64,000 nucleotides of DNA from Phoronis australis (taxonomy: Eukaryota; Animalia; Phoronida), in contig NMRA01001016.1 of the NCBI GenBank assembly GCA_002633005.1, positions 5,889 to 69,888 on the forward strand, read 5' to 3'. The notes under the pieces were generated by a model. The model saw nothing but the letters and a program-made list of their open reading frames with translations. It did no database searches and was not told where the DNA came from. Positions 12,155-25,147 of the stretch are shown piece by piece. The translations under genes and the position numbers were made by a program. Numbering within the stretch: the first letter of the stretch is position 1; every line of letters begins with the position of its first letter.

Positions 12155-14000
12155 AACAAGATTTTGATAAGTGAATACGTCACGAACAGTTCCACGTCAT
12201 CAATCATTCACGTCAAATGCCAAAACTATTCGAAGCGATTTCCAAGACGCTAATCTCGCTAATGTGATCATAGACTATAGATAACAAATATCTATGGCGT
12301 GGCCATCTTTTTTGTTTAAAGTGCCAGGCGATATCTCGCGAAGTCTTGAGTGTTCTTGCGCTTTCTTTCAGCGAAGTTTTCGCAACTACAGAACACAAGC
12401 TCGATACAGCCGGCGCACATCCAAGGTGCATAATTAGTATGAACGAGCATTTTGTTGGATATTTTTTATTTAGCGTTTCAGAAAAGAAACAATTCGAGTT
12501 CCAAATTACCCGGTAGCACAATTTTTAGCTATTGTGAAGTTCCCGGATGTCGCGTGCAACCTAAGTCGCATAAAGCTTTCTTTATTAATTGATGCCATAC
12601 TTTAATTTGAAGTTTTACAAACTATTTATTTCCTTGTATCCAAAGTCTCTGTGTAAAACTCTTTGTAAAATACATTTAACTTACGTTTTTAAATAAACTT
12701 GTATTGTATTTTATTCCACTATACATGAGCTTTTTTCTGTTGTTATTTATGTTGTCTTCAAGTATTTTATCTATTTAATTTATGGTTACTCGGTGGTCAG
12801 CTATTAGCGGCCCGTACCCTTGCTGGCTAATCAGTCATTAAACCATGTATGTCTTTATCTGATACAAAAAAACAATGTTTGTTTCTCTACAAAAAGAGCT
12901 GTATTTGAAATTAAGCCTTTAAGGTTGAAAGCTGTGTTGATTTTTCACAACTTGAAAGCCACAAACAAGGCGTGCCTTTCGCCGAATTTGTTTATCTTGG
13001 TGTTTTAATTAGTTTTTATGCTGTGTGACACTGTGAATCTAGGATATTGGTACCTGGTCATATTGACAAGTTCGGCACCTTATATAACCTGCGAATATTT
13101 ACTTTTCTGCTTTTGTTTATGTAAGGACTAAGAAGGAATTTTAATCAGTGTTACGTTTTTATTACTTCGTGTATATCCTTTCTTCAAAGTGATTTGGAAA
13201 GGGATGGTATGACTATTATTTATAAACCTCAATTTTGCTCAACAAGTGTGTTATGTTTGTAAAGACGTGTTTCTTTAAATAAAATATCTTAAAACTAACA
13301 ACCTTGTGTCTTTCTTTTGTGATTGGCATTCGAATGTCACATCACTTCGATTTTTCACGTAAGCGGTAAATTTTAAATACTTAAGTGTCCTGTCCATTAA
13401 TACTTTATCTGTTCATGCTGTATTTAATTTCCACATTAACTTTTACCTCCAGGTTAAAAGTTGACATCTTACTTTATGATTATGGGTGATGAAAATTTCG
13501 AAATTTTGCCAACATGGTATCTCAAAAACAGCTTATCAGACTGAAATGAAACAACCACTATGCTATCAACCTTGTTTTCCAGACTAAGCGGGCTTGTTTT
13601 TAAATAAGATTACCGTAAAAATCAGGGTTTAATTAATTATTTTTATGAAAATATCGGTTTTCATATTAAAAGATGCATAAAACAAAAAGGACATCTTGGA
13701 AACTGATTTTGAGATCTGTGATGTGAAATGAAATTTGGCCATGCTGATGCTTTATCCTTCCTGCAACATTATTTCTTTGCTAAATTTTAACGAATTTTTG
13801 TTCTTGAAAACTGAATTGATTGCTTGCCCTGATTCGCCTGCACGTCATAACTGACGTACCCACATTATAAATAAGATTTAACCATGCAGTAGGCCCGCGT
13901 AGAATCTCAGTGATCCACGGGAACTGAATTTGACCTCCAAGCGTTCATGAAGTGTGTACATTTTTGGGACACACTATCCTTTTCCCCAGCCACCAGAAAC

Positions 14001-14166
14001 TGTAAAATTATTATTGATGTATTTTAGTTTTCGTATTTTTGATTTTATTAGCCAAAGGCAGTCGCCATTTTGTGTTGACGTCAATCCCGCAGCAAATAAA
14101 TACTGTACTTCCGGCTTCATGTAAACAAAGAGGTTTTATCATCATTCATCTGGTAGCCTTAAAACA
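14001..14166 (+). repeat. 5' LTR
   Basis: TGTAAAATTA...CCTTAAAACA, contains AATAAA; 13 mismatches and no indels vs the 3' LTR by manual count. Confidence 0.95.
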
Positions 14167-14184
14167 TGGTGTCAGGAGTGGGAT
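14167..14184 (+). other. Primer binding site complementary to tRNA-Leu 3' end
   Basis: TGGTGTCAGGAGTGGGAT directly after the LTR-terminal CA. Confidence 0.85.
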
Positions 14185-14594
14185 GCTTCGAAATACTAAA
14201 TGAAAATCACTGAAAACGAAAGATAAAGCATCAGAGAACAGTTAGGACTATAGTTTGAAGGTGGATGGTCGAATGAAAAAGTAGATTTTTGTGGATGAAA
14301 TCATCGCTTGTTTGTGACCACATTGTCTACGTACACAGCAGTTATATCGTCAATTGAGCATTTCGTGCATGTCAGTCGGCACAAAAGTGATAACTGGAAA
14401 GGTAGGATCGACTTCTGTTTCCTTGTCAAAACTTAAAGTCAAGTCATCACATCAGTCAAGTCGAATTTGTGTCATTACTCTCCGTGTCACTGATCGTCGA
14501 ACCTATAGAGTAGCTCGTTCGTGAACTGTTAATATCTACTACTACTGTGTACTGTCAATCATTGTGTGTGTGAAGCACTACCATATCGTCCACC

Positions 14595-17032
14595 TTGCCT
14601 AAATATCAAGCTCCGGAAGCATTTGATTTCTCGAAACCATTGTCATGGCCAGACTGGAAAACCAGGTTTATGCGTTACTACGTTATAGAGAAAATCAGAG
14701 GTGAAAAAGGTGATGTACAAGTCTCTGCACTTGTGTATACGATGGGTCTTCAAGCCGAACACATCTTCAAGTCATTCAAATTTGAAACACCTGTTCCAAC
14801 AGAGGAAGTGCCAAATCCACCAGATCCAAAAGACGATTTCAATACGGTTCTGCAGAAATTTGAGGGCTATTTTGTTCCACGCAAAAACACTATCAATGAG
14901 AGAACGAAATTCTATTAACGGAGCCAACAGCAGAGTGAGTCAGTTGAAAGTTTTGTTACAAGTCTACATGAACTAGCAGCTCATTGTAATTTCGGCGAAA
15001 AAAAGATGAGCATATTCAAGACCGTCTTATCTCAGGGATGACCGACAAAGAGTTGTCGCGTGATCTTCAAATAGAACAGGAAAACCTGACACTTTCAAAG
15101 GCCATAGACACTACTCGATACAAAGAACTTGTCCAGTCTAACCAGAGTGAAGGTGCATCTGTCAGTTTCGTGAAAAGGGGGGGGGGGGCAAAAGTCAGAA
15201 AAAAAGAATCGCCCAAGAAATCATCACACCAGCGTCAGAGCCAATCCAACTCCAAGCAATCTTGTGGAGACCAGTCGGGGAAGAAGAAATACCCTAATTG
15301 TGGTTATGTCCATAGATCCCCTGGGCCTGAAGCCTGCCCTGCCAGAAGGAAAATATGTCGGTTCTGTTCGAAACAGGGTCACTTCGCCTCCGTATGCCGT
15401 AAGAACAAAGTCAATGGAGTTTACGAAGAGGAGGACAACCAACAGGCTGATCAGTTCTGTGGAGCAGTAAATGTTGACTACTTCCTAGGCGCCGTAAACT
15501 GTGATGATAGCGACCCCGCTTGGAAGGTGACTCTCGCCTTGGGCAACTCTTCAGAAACATTCAAGATAGACACCGGCGCTGATGTATCCATCATGTCGTA
15601 CTCCCAGTATCTCAAGATCAAGCCAACACCTCCTCTGAAAGATATCACGGCTAAGCTGTCAAGCCCTGGAGGTCCTCTTAGTTGTCGAGAACAGTTCGTC
15701 GCAAGAACTGTGTTCAAGGGACAGAATTATCATTTTCGTGTGATGGTGGTTGATGGAAAAGTTGAAAGTCTTCTTGGCCGGGGAGTAGCCAGTCAGATGA
15801 ACCTTATCGTTCGAGTTAACTCAGTTACTGAAGATATAGGACTTCTCAATACTGACCCGGTCAAGATAACCCTGAAGGAGAATGCCCAGCCATATGCCCT
15901 AAACATAACTCGACGTATTTCGTTTCCACTTGAGAAGAAAGTGAAAGAGGAGATTCACCGTCTTACCAAACTTGGAATCATCAAGGGTGTAACTCGTCCT
16001 ACGCCGTGGTGTGCCCCGATGGTACCTGTCTTGAAAAAACACGGGCAAAGTCAGACTCTGTGTCGATCTAAAGAAGTTGAATGTGAACATCCAACGAGAA
16101 AGATTCGTCCTGCCAATCCTAGAGTATGTGACTTCGAAACTCTATTGCTACATGGTCCATGGCAGCGACTCTTCAAAAGCAAGAACTACCTAGTGATGTG
16201 TGACTACTACTCACGTTGGATAGATATTCTCGCCCTCAGTTCAACAAACGCTACAGCCGTCATCTGCCGCATGAAGGACGTATTTGCTCGATTCGGTGTC
16301 TCAACCGAGGTCGTATCCGACAATGGTCCACAATTTACGTCTGCGGAGTTCAGAGAGTTTGCATCTTAGTACAATTTTCGTCATGTCACCTCCAGTCCTT
16401 ATCTTCCTAATTCCAACGGGGAAGCAGAGAGAGCTGTCCAAACAGCTAAATCTATGTTGAGCCAAGATGACCCCTGGCTTGCCTTGATGGTCTACCAAGA
16501 CACCCCGATTTCAGCAACAGGAGGTAGTCCATCACAGCTCACAGTAGGAAGACATTTGAGAACTACACTACCTGTTCCGTCCTCAACACTAGAGCCTGCA
16601 TGGCCAAACCCAGAGCAGATCCTTACCAAAGATCAGAAGTACAAGGCGACATCTTCGACGTCCTATAACCAACATCATGGTGCTAAGCCACTTCAACCGC
16701 TTCAGCAAGGAGAGCCTGTCTTAGTCAAGACAGATAGTGAGAAAGGATGGACCGAGCCGGATATCGTCCGCGGTGAAGCGAGCACGCCAAGATCATATTT
16801 AGTTGAGACTAAGTCTGGAGTTTGTAGAAGGAACCGCCGTCATCTTAGGGAGATGCCACCGATAACAATTGATCCTGCAGCAACAACCATGTCATCGAAG
16901 GACACCTCTCATGCGCCACCTACTTGTATTGTTCCTAAACTGTGTGTAGCGTCTATGACTTCAGACTCTCCTGGATCTCGTCGCTTAGACCGATGTGTTA
17001 AAAGACCTGATCGACTGATCGAATCAATTTAG
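14595..17032 (+). pseudogene. Disrupted gag-pol: Gag (CX2CX4HX4C knuckle), aspartic protease, RT N-terminal stub, integrase core
   Basis: Motifs CRFCSKQGHFASVC, FKIDTGAD, PWCAPMVPV..VRLCVDLKKLN, DYYSRW..SDNGPQF..SNGEAERAVQTAK. Stops at 14916-14918 and 16367-16369; frameshifts near 15005 and 16040. Confidence 0.93.
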
Positions 17033-17279
17033 TGTGTTTGTGTTTATACAGTGCCTGGATTCTATATAATAATCCATGGCGACAATGTAGTGAAGTGCTA
17101 GTAACCTCTCCTCTTAAAGAATTTGTATTTTTGTGTGCCTTAAGGAAATTACTCAGTGAGTAGTGTGTTCTAAAAGACTTGTGTTCCAAGAGACTTTGTG
17201 TTGATACGAACATTTTATTTGAACTCTTAAAGACTGAAAGACATTCTAAATAGTTGTCATGTGACTTTGTGTGTCGTCT

Positions 17280-17291
17280 GAAAGAGGGAGA
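17280..17291 (+). other. Polypurine tract
   Basis: GAAAGAGGGAGA abutting the 3' LTR. Confidence 0.9.
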
Positions 17292-17457
17292 TGTTATATT
17301 ATTATTGATATATTTTAGTTTTCGTATTCTTGATTTTATTAGCCAATGGCAGTAGCCATTTTGTATTGACGTCAATCCCGCAGCAAATAAATACTGTACT
17401 TCCGGTTTCATTTAAACAACGACGTTTTGTCATCATTCATTTGGTAGCCTTAAAACA
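17292..17457 (+). repeat. 3' LTR
   Basis: TGTTATATTA...CCTTAAAACA followed by TSD GAAAC. Confidence 0.95.
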
Positions 17458-17509
17458 GAAACTGAACTACCGGTTGTGTTCCTACTAGGTATTTTTGAAA
17501 CAGCCCCAA

Positions 17510-17947
17510 GGCAGAAAGCAAACTGGAGCAGACGACGCACCCATCATCAAATGGAGAAGTAGAAACCCTCTTGCGAAGTCACTTTAGAAATGCCTGGAGG
17601 GCACGCCTACGTCTGGGGACTGAAGAAGACTATGTCCACCAGCATGACCGGCAAGAATAAGTCACTATTTTCAGGCTAAAACCGGCTACTGCCAGCTGCT
17701 CTCCCACATGCATCGCCTGAAAATTTCTCACACAGACGAGTGCCCCTGTGGCACTGGCCCCCAGACACCTGAACATTTACTGCAGAGCTGCCCTACGTTC
17801 AATACCTTAAAACGCCAGACATGGCCCAGTCCGGTGGAACTCAAGGTAAAACTTTAGGGCCTGACGAACTGCAGACTTCGCCCAGAAGACCAGACTGATT
17901 ATCTAAGCTACATTGCCGAGAACGCTGAAGAAGAAGAAAAGAAGAAG
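17510..17947 (+). mobile_element. 5'-truncated non-LTR retrotransposon 3' end (I/Ingi-like group) with (GAA)n tail
   Basis: Frameshifted peptide TIFRL-TG-C-LLSHMHRLKISHTDECPCGTGPQTPEHLLQSCP (C-terminal CCHC finger); GAAGAAGAA tail; AGCCCCAA on both flanks is a probable TSD core. Confidence 0.8.
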
Positions 17948-18317
17948 ATGAAAAATAAGCCCCAAAGACAGTATATCAGGGACTTCGGGCCTCCGCTCAC
18001 CTTTTCAAAAAAACTCCTTCAAAGAATGACCATAATAAAATAAAGTTTTCCCGAAACTGGATCACAATAAAACGAATCTTGACCTTAGAGCGAGCGCAGA
18101 CGGCCGGTACGAGTTGTCCTGAATCATAGCTCAGCTGACCAGCAACTAGCTTTAGTTCATCGAGAATTTCGTATTTTCACACTGTTAGATCTCGACTATA
18201 GCTACTTGAGGCAGCTCCTCGCTACCGGTCAGTGTACTGGTCCTACGCCCATTTTTATACTCTCCGTGTTGGTTCACGGTTACTCAACTCTTAATGGTTG
18301 CATCCCCGGGATTGTCC

Positions 18318-18420
18318 CAGGGACGGATCCAAGATTTTGAGTTGGGGGGCAGATTATTAGCCAGGGTTTTACCAGTCAGAAATTTGCACCCCCGAACTGC
18401 CAAATGGAATTTTTCTAGTC
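18318..18420 (+). mobile_element. Partial copy of the MITE family found at 41863-42016
   Basis: CAGGGACGGATCCAAGATTTTGAGTT...TTTACCAGTCAGAAATTTGCACCCCGAACTGCCAAATGGAAT matches 41863-41962. Confidence 0.7.
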
Positions 18421-18562
18421 TTATTAATTGAATACGGCAGCTTAATATAATATTCTCTTCCGTATAGAAACTCTCACGCTGTTGCTAGGCATACATACTA
18501 TCCCTGAATGCAATAGAGAGGAACTGAGGTGGGACATGCGCATTGAGATTTGCACATTCGCT

Positions 18563-19065
18563 ATTAAAAAGTCTTGTCCCTTGGAGACACACCTTTTGTG
18601 GAATAGCGTGATGTGATGGTGGGAATTGCGATGCTTTGCTTTCACGAAGGTTTGCATTCAGTTGGTAGCTTATATTTTGCAGCTATCTTAAAACAATTGT
18701 AACATTAGCATCCAAATAAATTTAAAAGGACATGAGTCTACCACTCTTGAACTTATTATCTTTGATATATTTCAGACGGAACAAAACTATTTCGTTCCAA
18801 ACACTCAGTCAAAACAAGACTGAGACAGCAAGCAGTTACAACAGCTACTGCATGAATACTGAATATACGGCCCACTTGTTACCCACTTCTCTTATATTTG
18901 GGGTGGCTTTTCCGCTAAGCCCATTCCAGACGAAGGTTCCTTGATGAATTCTTAAAATTTGCGTTGGGCCTCCAGGGCCGACGACCACTGTTAAGTGTCT
19001 AAACCTTCAATGTCTAACGTTTTCAGAATCTTTTGTTTTAAAAGATACTAATTAATCGTGATACG
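18563..19065 (+). repeat. Segmental duplication block 2, copy A
   Basis: Colinear with 63507-64000 (ATTAAAAAGTC...AATCGTGATACG), about 90% by eye. Confidence 0.95.
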
Positions 19066-20199
19066 CACCATCACCATGAACTCAGTACGTCGACGGCGCA
19101 GTGTACATAAAGCTGGTATTAATGGTCTCGATAATCATACACATGTTCCCTCGGCCTGCAGCGAAGTGTACACGTTTGGGTGAACGATCTAAAACACGTT
19201 GAATTGTTTTAGTTACAGTGACCGGCAAGCAATGCCAGAGTGTGGGACTCTAAACGAAATGTCTTCAAAATAAGCAATCGCAACTCGGTGCAGCGAATTA
19301 CTCATTATGGCACGAAGGCTTTCCAAGGTGCCATCTAGTCCCTCGCCGTGGGGAGAAGACTTCTTTCTTATTCTTAAAGGTGAGTTTTCTGGTTAATGGT
19401 GTGTATTCTGAAGTAAAGAACTGTGATGCGTGGAGCCAAAAAACTGCAAGGATGTTTGCGCTTGAGATTGAAATGTTTTCTGCGCCCACATACGTGGGCA
19501 TGGGTGCATATTATAGTTATTCCCGTTCAGCGTCCGCAGTTACTTCATTTAAACCCCTCGGAGGATCTTCGTTGAATTTGGAAGGTTTGTTATGGACATA
19601 TCATGTAACCGACAATTTGGGGATGGTTCCTGCACGCAATGTGCCTTCAAATGGTATTCATAGCATTTTGTCGTAAGTTTTTGGCACCCGACTTTAAATC
19701 TGACAAACGGTTTGAAGGATCATAACGATGAAATTCGAAGTACATGTTGCTGCTGGAAAAACCATAGAAACTGATGTGAACTTCCTGACCAATTCGAGTG
19801 CTTTTAGGTCTCAGTTTTGTTTGTTTAATTTTTGTGCCGGCTTTAAAATCTTCTAAGTTAGGTGAAGGACAGTCGTGAAATTTTCAGATACGTTTCTAAT
19901 GGGAAGAGCAGGACTGATATTTATTTTTGGACGGATCCAAGTACGGTTAACGACATACGTAATTTCGGTGAAGACAATATGACTGGAGATGATTTTCGAA
20001 TGAATCCGAATACTGCAATGTTCCATAGAGGCACTTTTATTTTTGGCGCCTTGCTAATAATCTACCAAGGAGCAAATTCCTTTTTTTCTCTCTACATGTT
20101 AAATACTTCGTATTTGAAGTTAAATGAGAAAGAAAATCTGGTGTTTTGATAAACATTTGTGAACTATTACAAAAGCTTTTTTTGTAAATAAGGTCTGAC

Positions 20200-20580
20200 A
20201 TATCCTAAAGGATAATCTTTTAAATTGATGTGCTCCAGTTAACGCGGGCACGGTTTACGTTTACCGTCGGACAGATACGAGTGTTGCTCTGCCCCCTTGT
20301 GGCAATTTCAGCGTTTTGCGTCTGCCTCTGTGTCCAATTTCGCACAGCTCCGGTATGTTCTGTGCTCCCTAGTGGCAATTCTAACTTTTTGGTGCTCATT
20401 TTTAGCAATCGCCTTTCTGATAAATGAAGCGGCTTGAAGAACTGCTGCGACATTGACGTTGATTTTTGAACAATTTTGACCATTGTTACGACCCCTTTTT
20501 GGCAGTTTCAATTTTTGCGTCAATGTTCTTCTACAGTAGTAGATGTGACTGTTGTACCCGCATATATTTCATTGCCAACA
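20200..20580 (+). mobile_element. Degenerate HINE-like remnant related to 59953-61053
   Basis: Units ending GCCCCCTTGTGGCAATTT and GCTCCCTAGTGGCAATT share the core of the HINE internal repeat. Confidence 0.5.
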
Positions 20581-21808
20581 CGCAAGCCCGGTATTCAGTA
20601 AATGTTCAGGTCCTCCATTCAAATGGTCGAGCATGGAGTTGAGACGGACGCAAAGTCCTTTACACCCGCAGTCTGAGGTCGCGTTTTTACCCGATAATCG
20701 GAAAATCGGACGCTATATGAAATCAGCCAGCCAGCCAGTACAGCAAGCTTTATACTGGGAGCGAGTTTCCTTATTCGGACAGTCCGGAACAGAACACTAA
20801 AGTAGATGCTTTAGTTTTGAAATCACATTTCAAATATTCCTGTCGGTTTTGATCAATACCAAATACATCACTTGAAAGCACTTGCGGTCCTCCTGTCACT
20901 CAACAAGTTTGATCTAAATTTTGATTTGAATTGATGTCAGCCAGACTTGAAAAAGAGGGTGCTAAACTAGAAACGGTGAATTCACGGCGCCCTTCTTTTG
21001 TTTACTTAAAAAGACACGATTTATTATTTTAGGTAAGAGAATGTACCAACACTTCAGTCATAGACATTATTTAACGATACAATACGAATTGTACCATCGA
21101 ATATGTTTTTGACTTGTTTTTGTGAGCTTAAACTTTTAGTTTTTAGTATCCAAAGAAATTTACTAATTGTTAAAACGTCTGAAGTAACGCAATCTACGAC
21201 TATGGAAACCTTAACAATCAAAAACTGTTTATATTTTTATTGTCATAGATATTTGTTATTTTTTGGCTGAATTCGAAGTTATTTACCTAATCATAAAAGG
21301 AAATGCACGTTAATTGCATTGAAACTGACGGGTGACCCAGTCTGAAGCGGCAGTGCTGTTTGAGATCAAACAATCAACATTTTTTTAAAGAGCATTGTGT
21401 AAATAATGCATAATTTTACAATAGGGATAAACACCACAACAACACAGTTTCGTTTCTCGTCCGGTATTCCGCCCTTATGTTTACCAATGATATCTGTTCG
21501 CAGTTTTGTACCCAAGCAATGAAACTTAATCTGTTTATGCTCATCCCCCGGGCCCGGCTTCGAATTGACTGACAATGCCTAGAGGTAGTATCTCTCGTAG
21601 TGTGTCACTATATTTAAATGTGAACTAAAAGGTGAAACGTTTAGTCTCTCATTGACATGCGCAGTTTGAAATTCAAATCGTTCCTCGTACGCTTAATGAC
21701 TTCTTTCCGCCGCTTCGCAAAATGTCTTTCCGTTTTTACTTCTCATATTTATTGTGTTACGTTATCGAAGCTCATTCAGATTATTCCAAAAGTAAAGATA
21801 ATAATTTA

Positions 21809-24800
21809 TTGTCAGGTTCACTATGACCAAATGTTGACATTCTTTGGAATTTTTTGGTTAAAGTGGAAACTATACATTTTTGGAAACCACATTGAATGAC
21901 AAATCAGAAAATAGTTGATTCCATTTTTAGTTGGCCATCTTGACGGCCATCTTGGATTTTCAAACATGGCGCCGCTAAAATAGATTTTGCCCAATGTATC
22001 CGCCCTTGGGTCACTAAGAATGTTAGTTTTTATGGCTACACCTGCAGTTAGTGGGGTCAATGAATTGGAAATTGTTAGTAGTTTTATTGGCGGCCATCTT
22101 CGCAGCCATCTTGGAATTTCAAAAATGGTGCCCCTTTTTAGACATTTTGCGCAGTATCTCTACTCCTTGGTCACTTAGAATGTTAGTTTTAATGGCCGCA
22201 CCCACTTTTTTGGGAAAAGGAATTGAAAAACACTTTCTATATGATTTTTAATAGCAGCTACGAACCCCCAAAATATGTAAAGGAATCACAAAAACGTAGA
22301 TTAAGCTTCATTTACAGTAACTGTCTTTTTGAAAAGACATTTGAGACATATCTTTTGAAGATTTTGATATTATTTCCACTATTTACTTTGGAATCCAGCT
22401 CTCCTCTACTCAATGAAACACATTTTGCCTTTGATAGTCCGATGGCAGATAATTTTGGCAGTAACTAGGCTGAGGATCAATGGTGAGAGCAACAGGAGTT
22501 GTAGCCTGCCCGTAGCCTGCTTGGCCTGCTACAACTCACTGATCCCTACAAGCCAGTCTCTCACTGAGTTTGATGTCTTATCACTTCTTCCAGAGGTGAC
22601 CCATGATTGGTCCACCTTGTTAACAGTTGTTATGCAGACGAGCCAGTTGAGGAGGATGTTTGTTGACGAAGCTAATCCAACTATCACTTCATGTGACATG
22701 GGTCTATACCAGAGGGTTGTGAAGCTCCTAGATACCAGAGCTGAACGTAAGCAAACAGTGAACCCAAGACTTGAAAAATTGCATGCTCTAATGGCATCTC
22801 TAAGAACTCTTCGGACGTCCATAGAGAATTCTGGCATAGATGATGCCTGGATAGAAGCCGCTGTCTTTGGCAGAGCAGATTCTACGCAGCCATGGCGGTC
22901 TAGCTGCAGTGCAGGGTCACCAGCTGTATGACACGATCATACATGCCTATGTCCCACAATAGCATGACCAAAAGATTTCTTATGTTATTGACAAGGCCAG
23001 GAACTGTACGAAGATTATGTCGCTAAGAGAGTCAATGAAGATAAGAGCCTCTGGTCATCAGTCAAAAAGCTAAACAATAAGGTTTTTATGTCAGGACACA
23101 AGAAGGCAGTCATAAAATTCCGTGACGTCGCCCTGAATCTCAAGGAGACCATGGACGTGTATGACAGGCTGCTGGTACATGTCAAGTCAAATAAGCAAAT
23201 CGATCAGAAACATGGTATCAGCCACTATGAAATCATCCTAACACCAAGAGCAATCTTTGCTGCCAGTGGAGCAATGCTGACATGCACAAACAAGTCGAAT
23301 CGAAACCTTCTGCAGAAATTTTCCGTAGAATAGGACTGTCCTCAAGCTGCAAGAGAGGTTTTAGAGCCAGAAAACATGTATACGACATCCACTGAGTGTG
23401 TTCACCCAAGCCAAAAACTGCACGTGTGGATAGTATGGAAGTGATGTTTTTAACTAGAGATTATGACGATATCATTCTGGTTTTTGACACCAACAAAGAC
23501 AACCCTTTGAAACAAGCCACAAGAGAAAAAAGGAGGCAGAGAAAGGGTCAAGTACAGTACCAGATAAGAGATGAGACTTACATGCAAAAGATCCCAATGA
23601 GCCATTTCCTCTCCCATGATCAAAAAAGGCTCAACTTACTGAATATCTGTCTGCAAAAACACTTAAATATAGCAGACGCTGCCAAGATAGCCATTACTTC
23701 AGCTTCAGGGTGCACAAAGAGCAACCGACGTGATCGACGCTTAGAAGAAAATAATCACGAAAAAGCAGATATCTTGCTAATACATCATGCAGTTTTGGCA
23801 TCACATCAAAACGTCCCTGATGTTTTTGCACCTGACACAGATTTACTGGTACTCGTCATTGCTTCTTATGACAGGCTTCTCAGAAATACTTCAGTCCCCA
23901 TGGCATCTGGGATGCAATGTGGACAACATTTGGTGCTGTACAGGCAAAGACTCTTCCGACTTTCCATGGTTTTACATGGACAGACAACACTGGTCCATTC
24001 AGTAGGTTGAATATATATTTTAAGGCAAACACTGATGATATCAATGCACTGCAGACTCTTTGTACTGATTATGAAGTAACAGGTCAAACTCTTTTCACAT
24101 TAGCCCCCTTTTACATGTACATAATCACCGCAGGGTATAGACACAAATAGCATCCCAGTGCTAAGATGGTACCTCTTCTGTAAACATGTAGCTGACAGCG
24201 ACAAACGTCCACCAAGGATTGGTGCTTTGAAACAGCATGTGCTGAGGGTGTTTATTCAAGGCAGCCATTGAGTTCCTTGACTCATTGCAAAATGAATTTA
24301 CAAGGACAATGATGAACAGCTTAAACCCTCACAACTGATGAGCTTCCGGCACCGGTGGCTATCATTGAGATGGTTAGAAGCCAGAGCAAAAACGTTGCTC
24401 TTCCCAAAGATACTTTTGCCGATCAAAGGACCTACCCTACACAGATCTATGTCAGTGTAGTGCAGAATGTCAAAATGGTGATGATGATGTGATTCCTGAT
24501 GACAGTGATGGCTGTGATGGCGATATTATGATCTATAAACTGATTTCAAAGTTCTGAGAGACTATATGGACACTACAAAAAACAAACTTTCATGTTCTGC
24601 AAACGTAAATAAGTTGTTTAGATACTGGTTTAGTTTAAGTGTCTTGAAGGAAACAAGCTCCGAACAAAATATACAAGAAAGTAAGATTGTGGTCATATGT
24701 GCTGGATTACAAGAAGAACGTATTTAGAAAATATGGCTGCTAATAAATGGGGTTTTGATTATGTATCACACTTAATAAGTTGCATTTTCAGATTTCTTGA

Positions 24801-25147
24801 CCACAAAAATGTAAGTGCAGCCATTAAACCAAGCATTCTAAGTGAGCCAAGAGCAAAGATACTGAGGAAAATGCAAATTACGGGCGCCATTTTTAAAAAA
24901 TCTAAGGTGGCCGCCAATAAAATTAAAATTTCCAATTCCTTGACCTGAGAAAGGCAGATGTAGCCAAAAAAACACATTGTAAGTGACCCAAAAGGGGATA
25001 TATTGGGCAAAATTCATGTTACCGGAGCCAAGATAGCCGCCAAAATGGAAACAATTATTTTCTGATTTGTCATTCCATGAGGCTTCCAAAAATGTATAGT
25101 TTTCGCTTTCCCCAAATTCCAACAAAATTACACAACAAACCTGACTA
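21809..25147 (+). mobile_element. Academ (AcademX-type) DNA transposon, deleted and decayed; long TIRs with subterminal tandem repeats; 3-bp TSD TTA
   Basis: TTA|TTGTCAGG...CCTGACTA|TTA; ~400 bp of inverted similarity (CTATACATTTTTGGAA, GACAAATCAGAAAATA, GGCGGCCATCTT units). Confidence 0.85.
22470..24530 (+). pseudogene. Academ transposase / XPG-like nuclease / Cys-rich finger remnants
   Basis: TITSCDMGLY..RLEKLHALMASLRTL..SIENSGIDDAWIEAAVFG; NHEKADILLIHHA..DTDLLVL; LRWYLFCK..PP..GALKQHVLR; TDLCQCSAECQN plus acidic tail; many stops and frameshifts. Confidence 0.8.

Larger units (their letters stand above)
14001..17457 (+). mobile_element. Ty3/gypsy (Mag-like) LTR retrotransposon, internally deleted, 3457 bp
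   Basis: Two 166-bp TG...CA LTRs; 5-bp TSD GAAAC (13996-14000, 17458-17462); PBS; PPT; gag-PR-(RT stub)-IN order. Confidence 0.97.

Noticed and set aside
19380-20149. Two ~95-aa ORFs with nearby splice-like sites
   Set aside because: No recognisable motif, no ATG start and no consistent exon chain; blastx would be needed.
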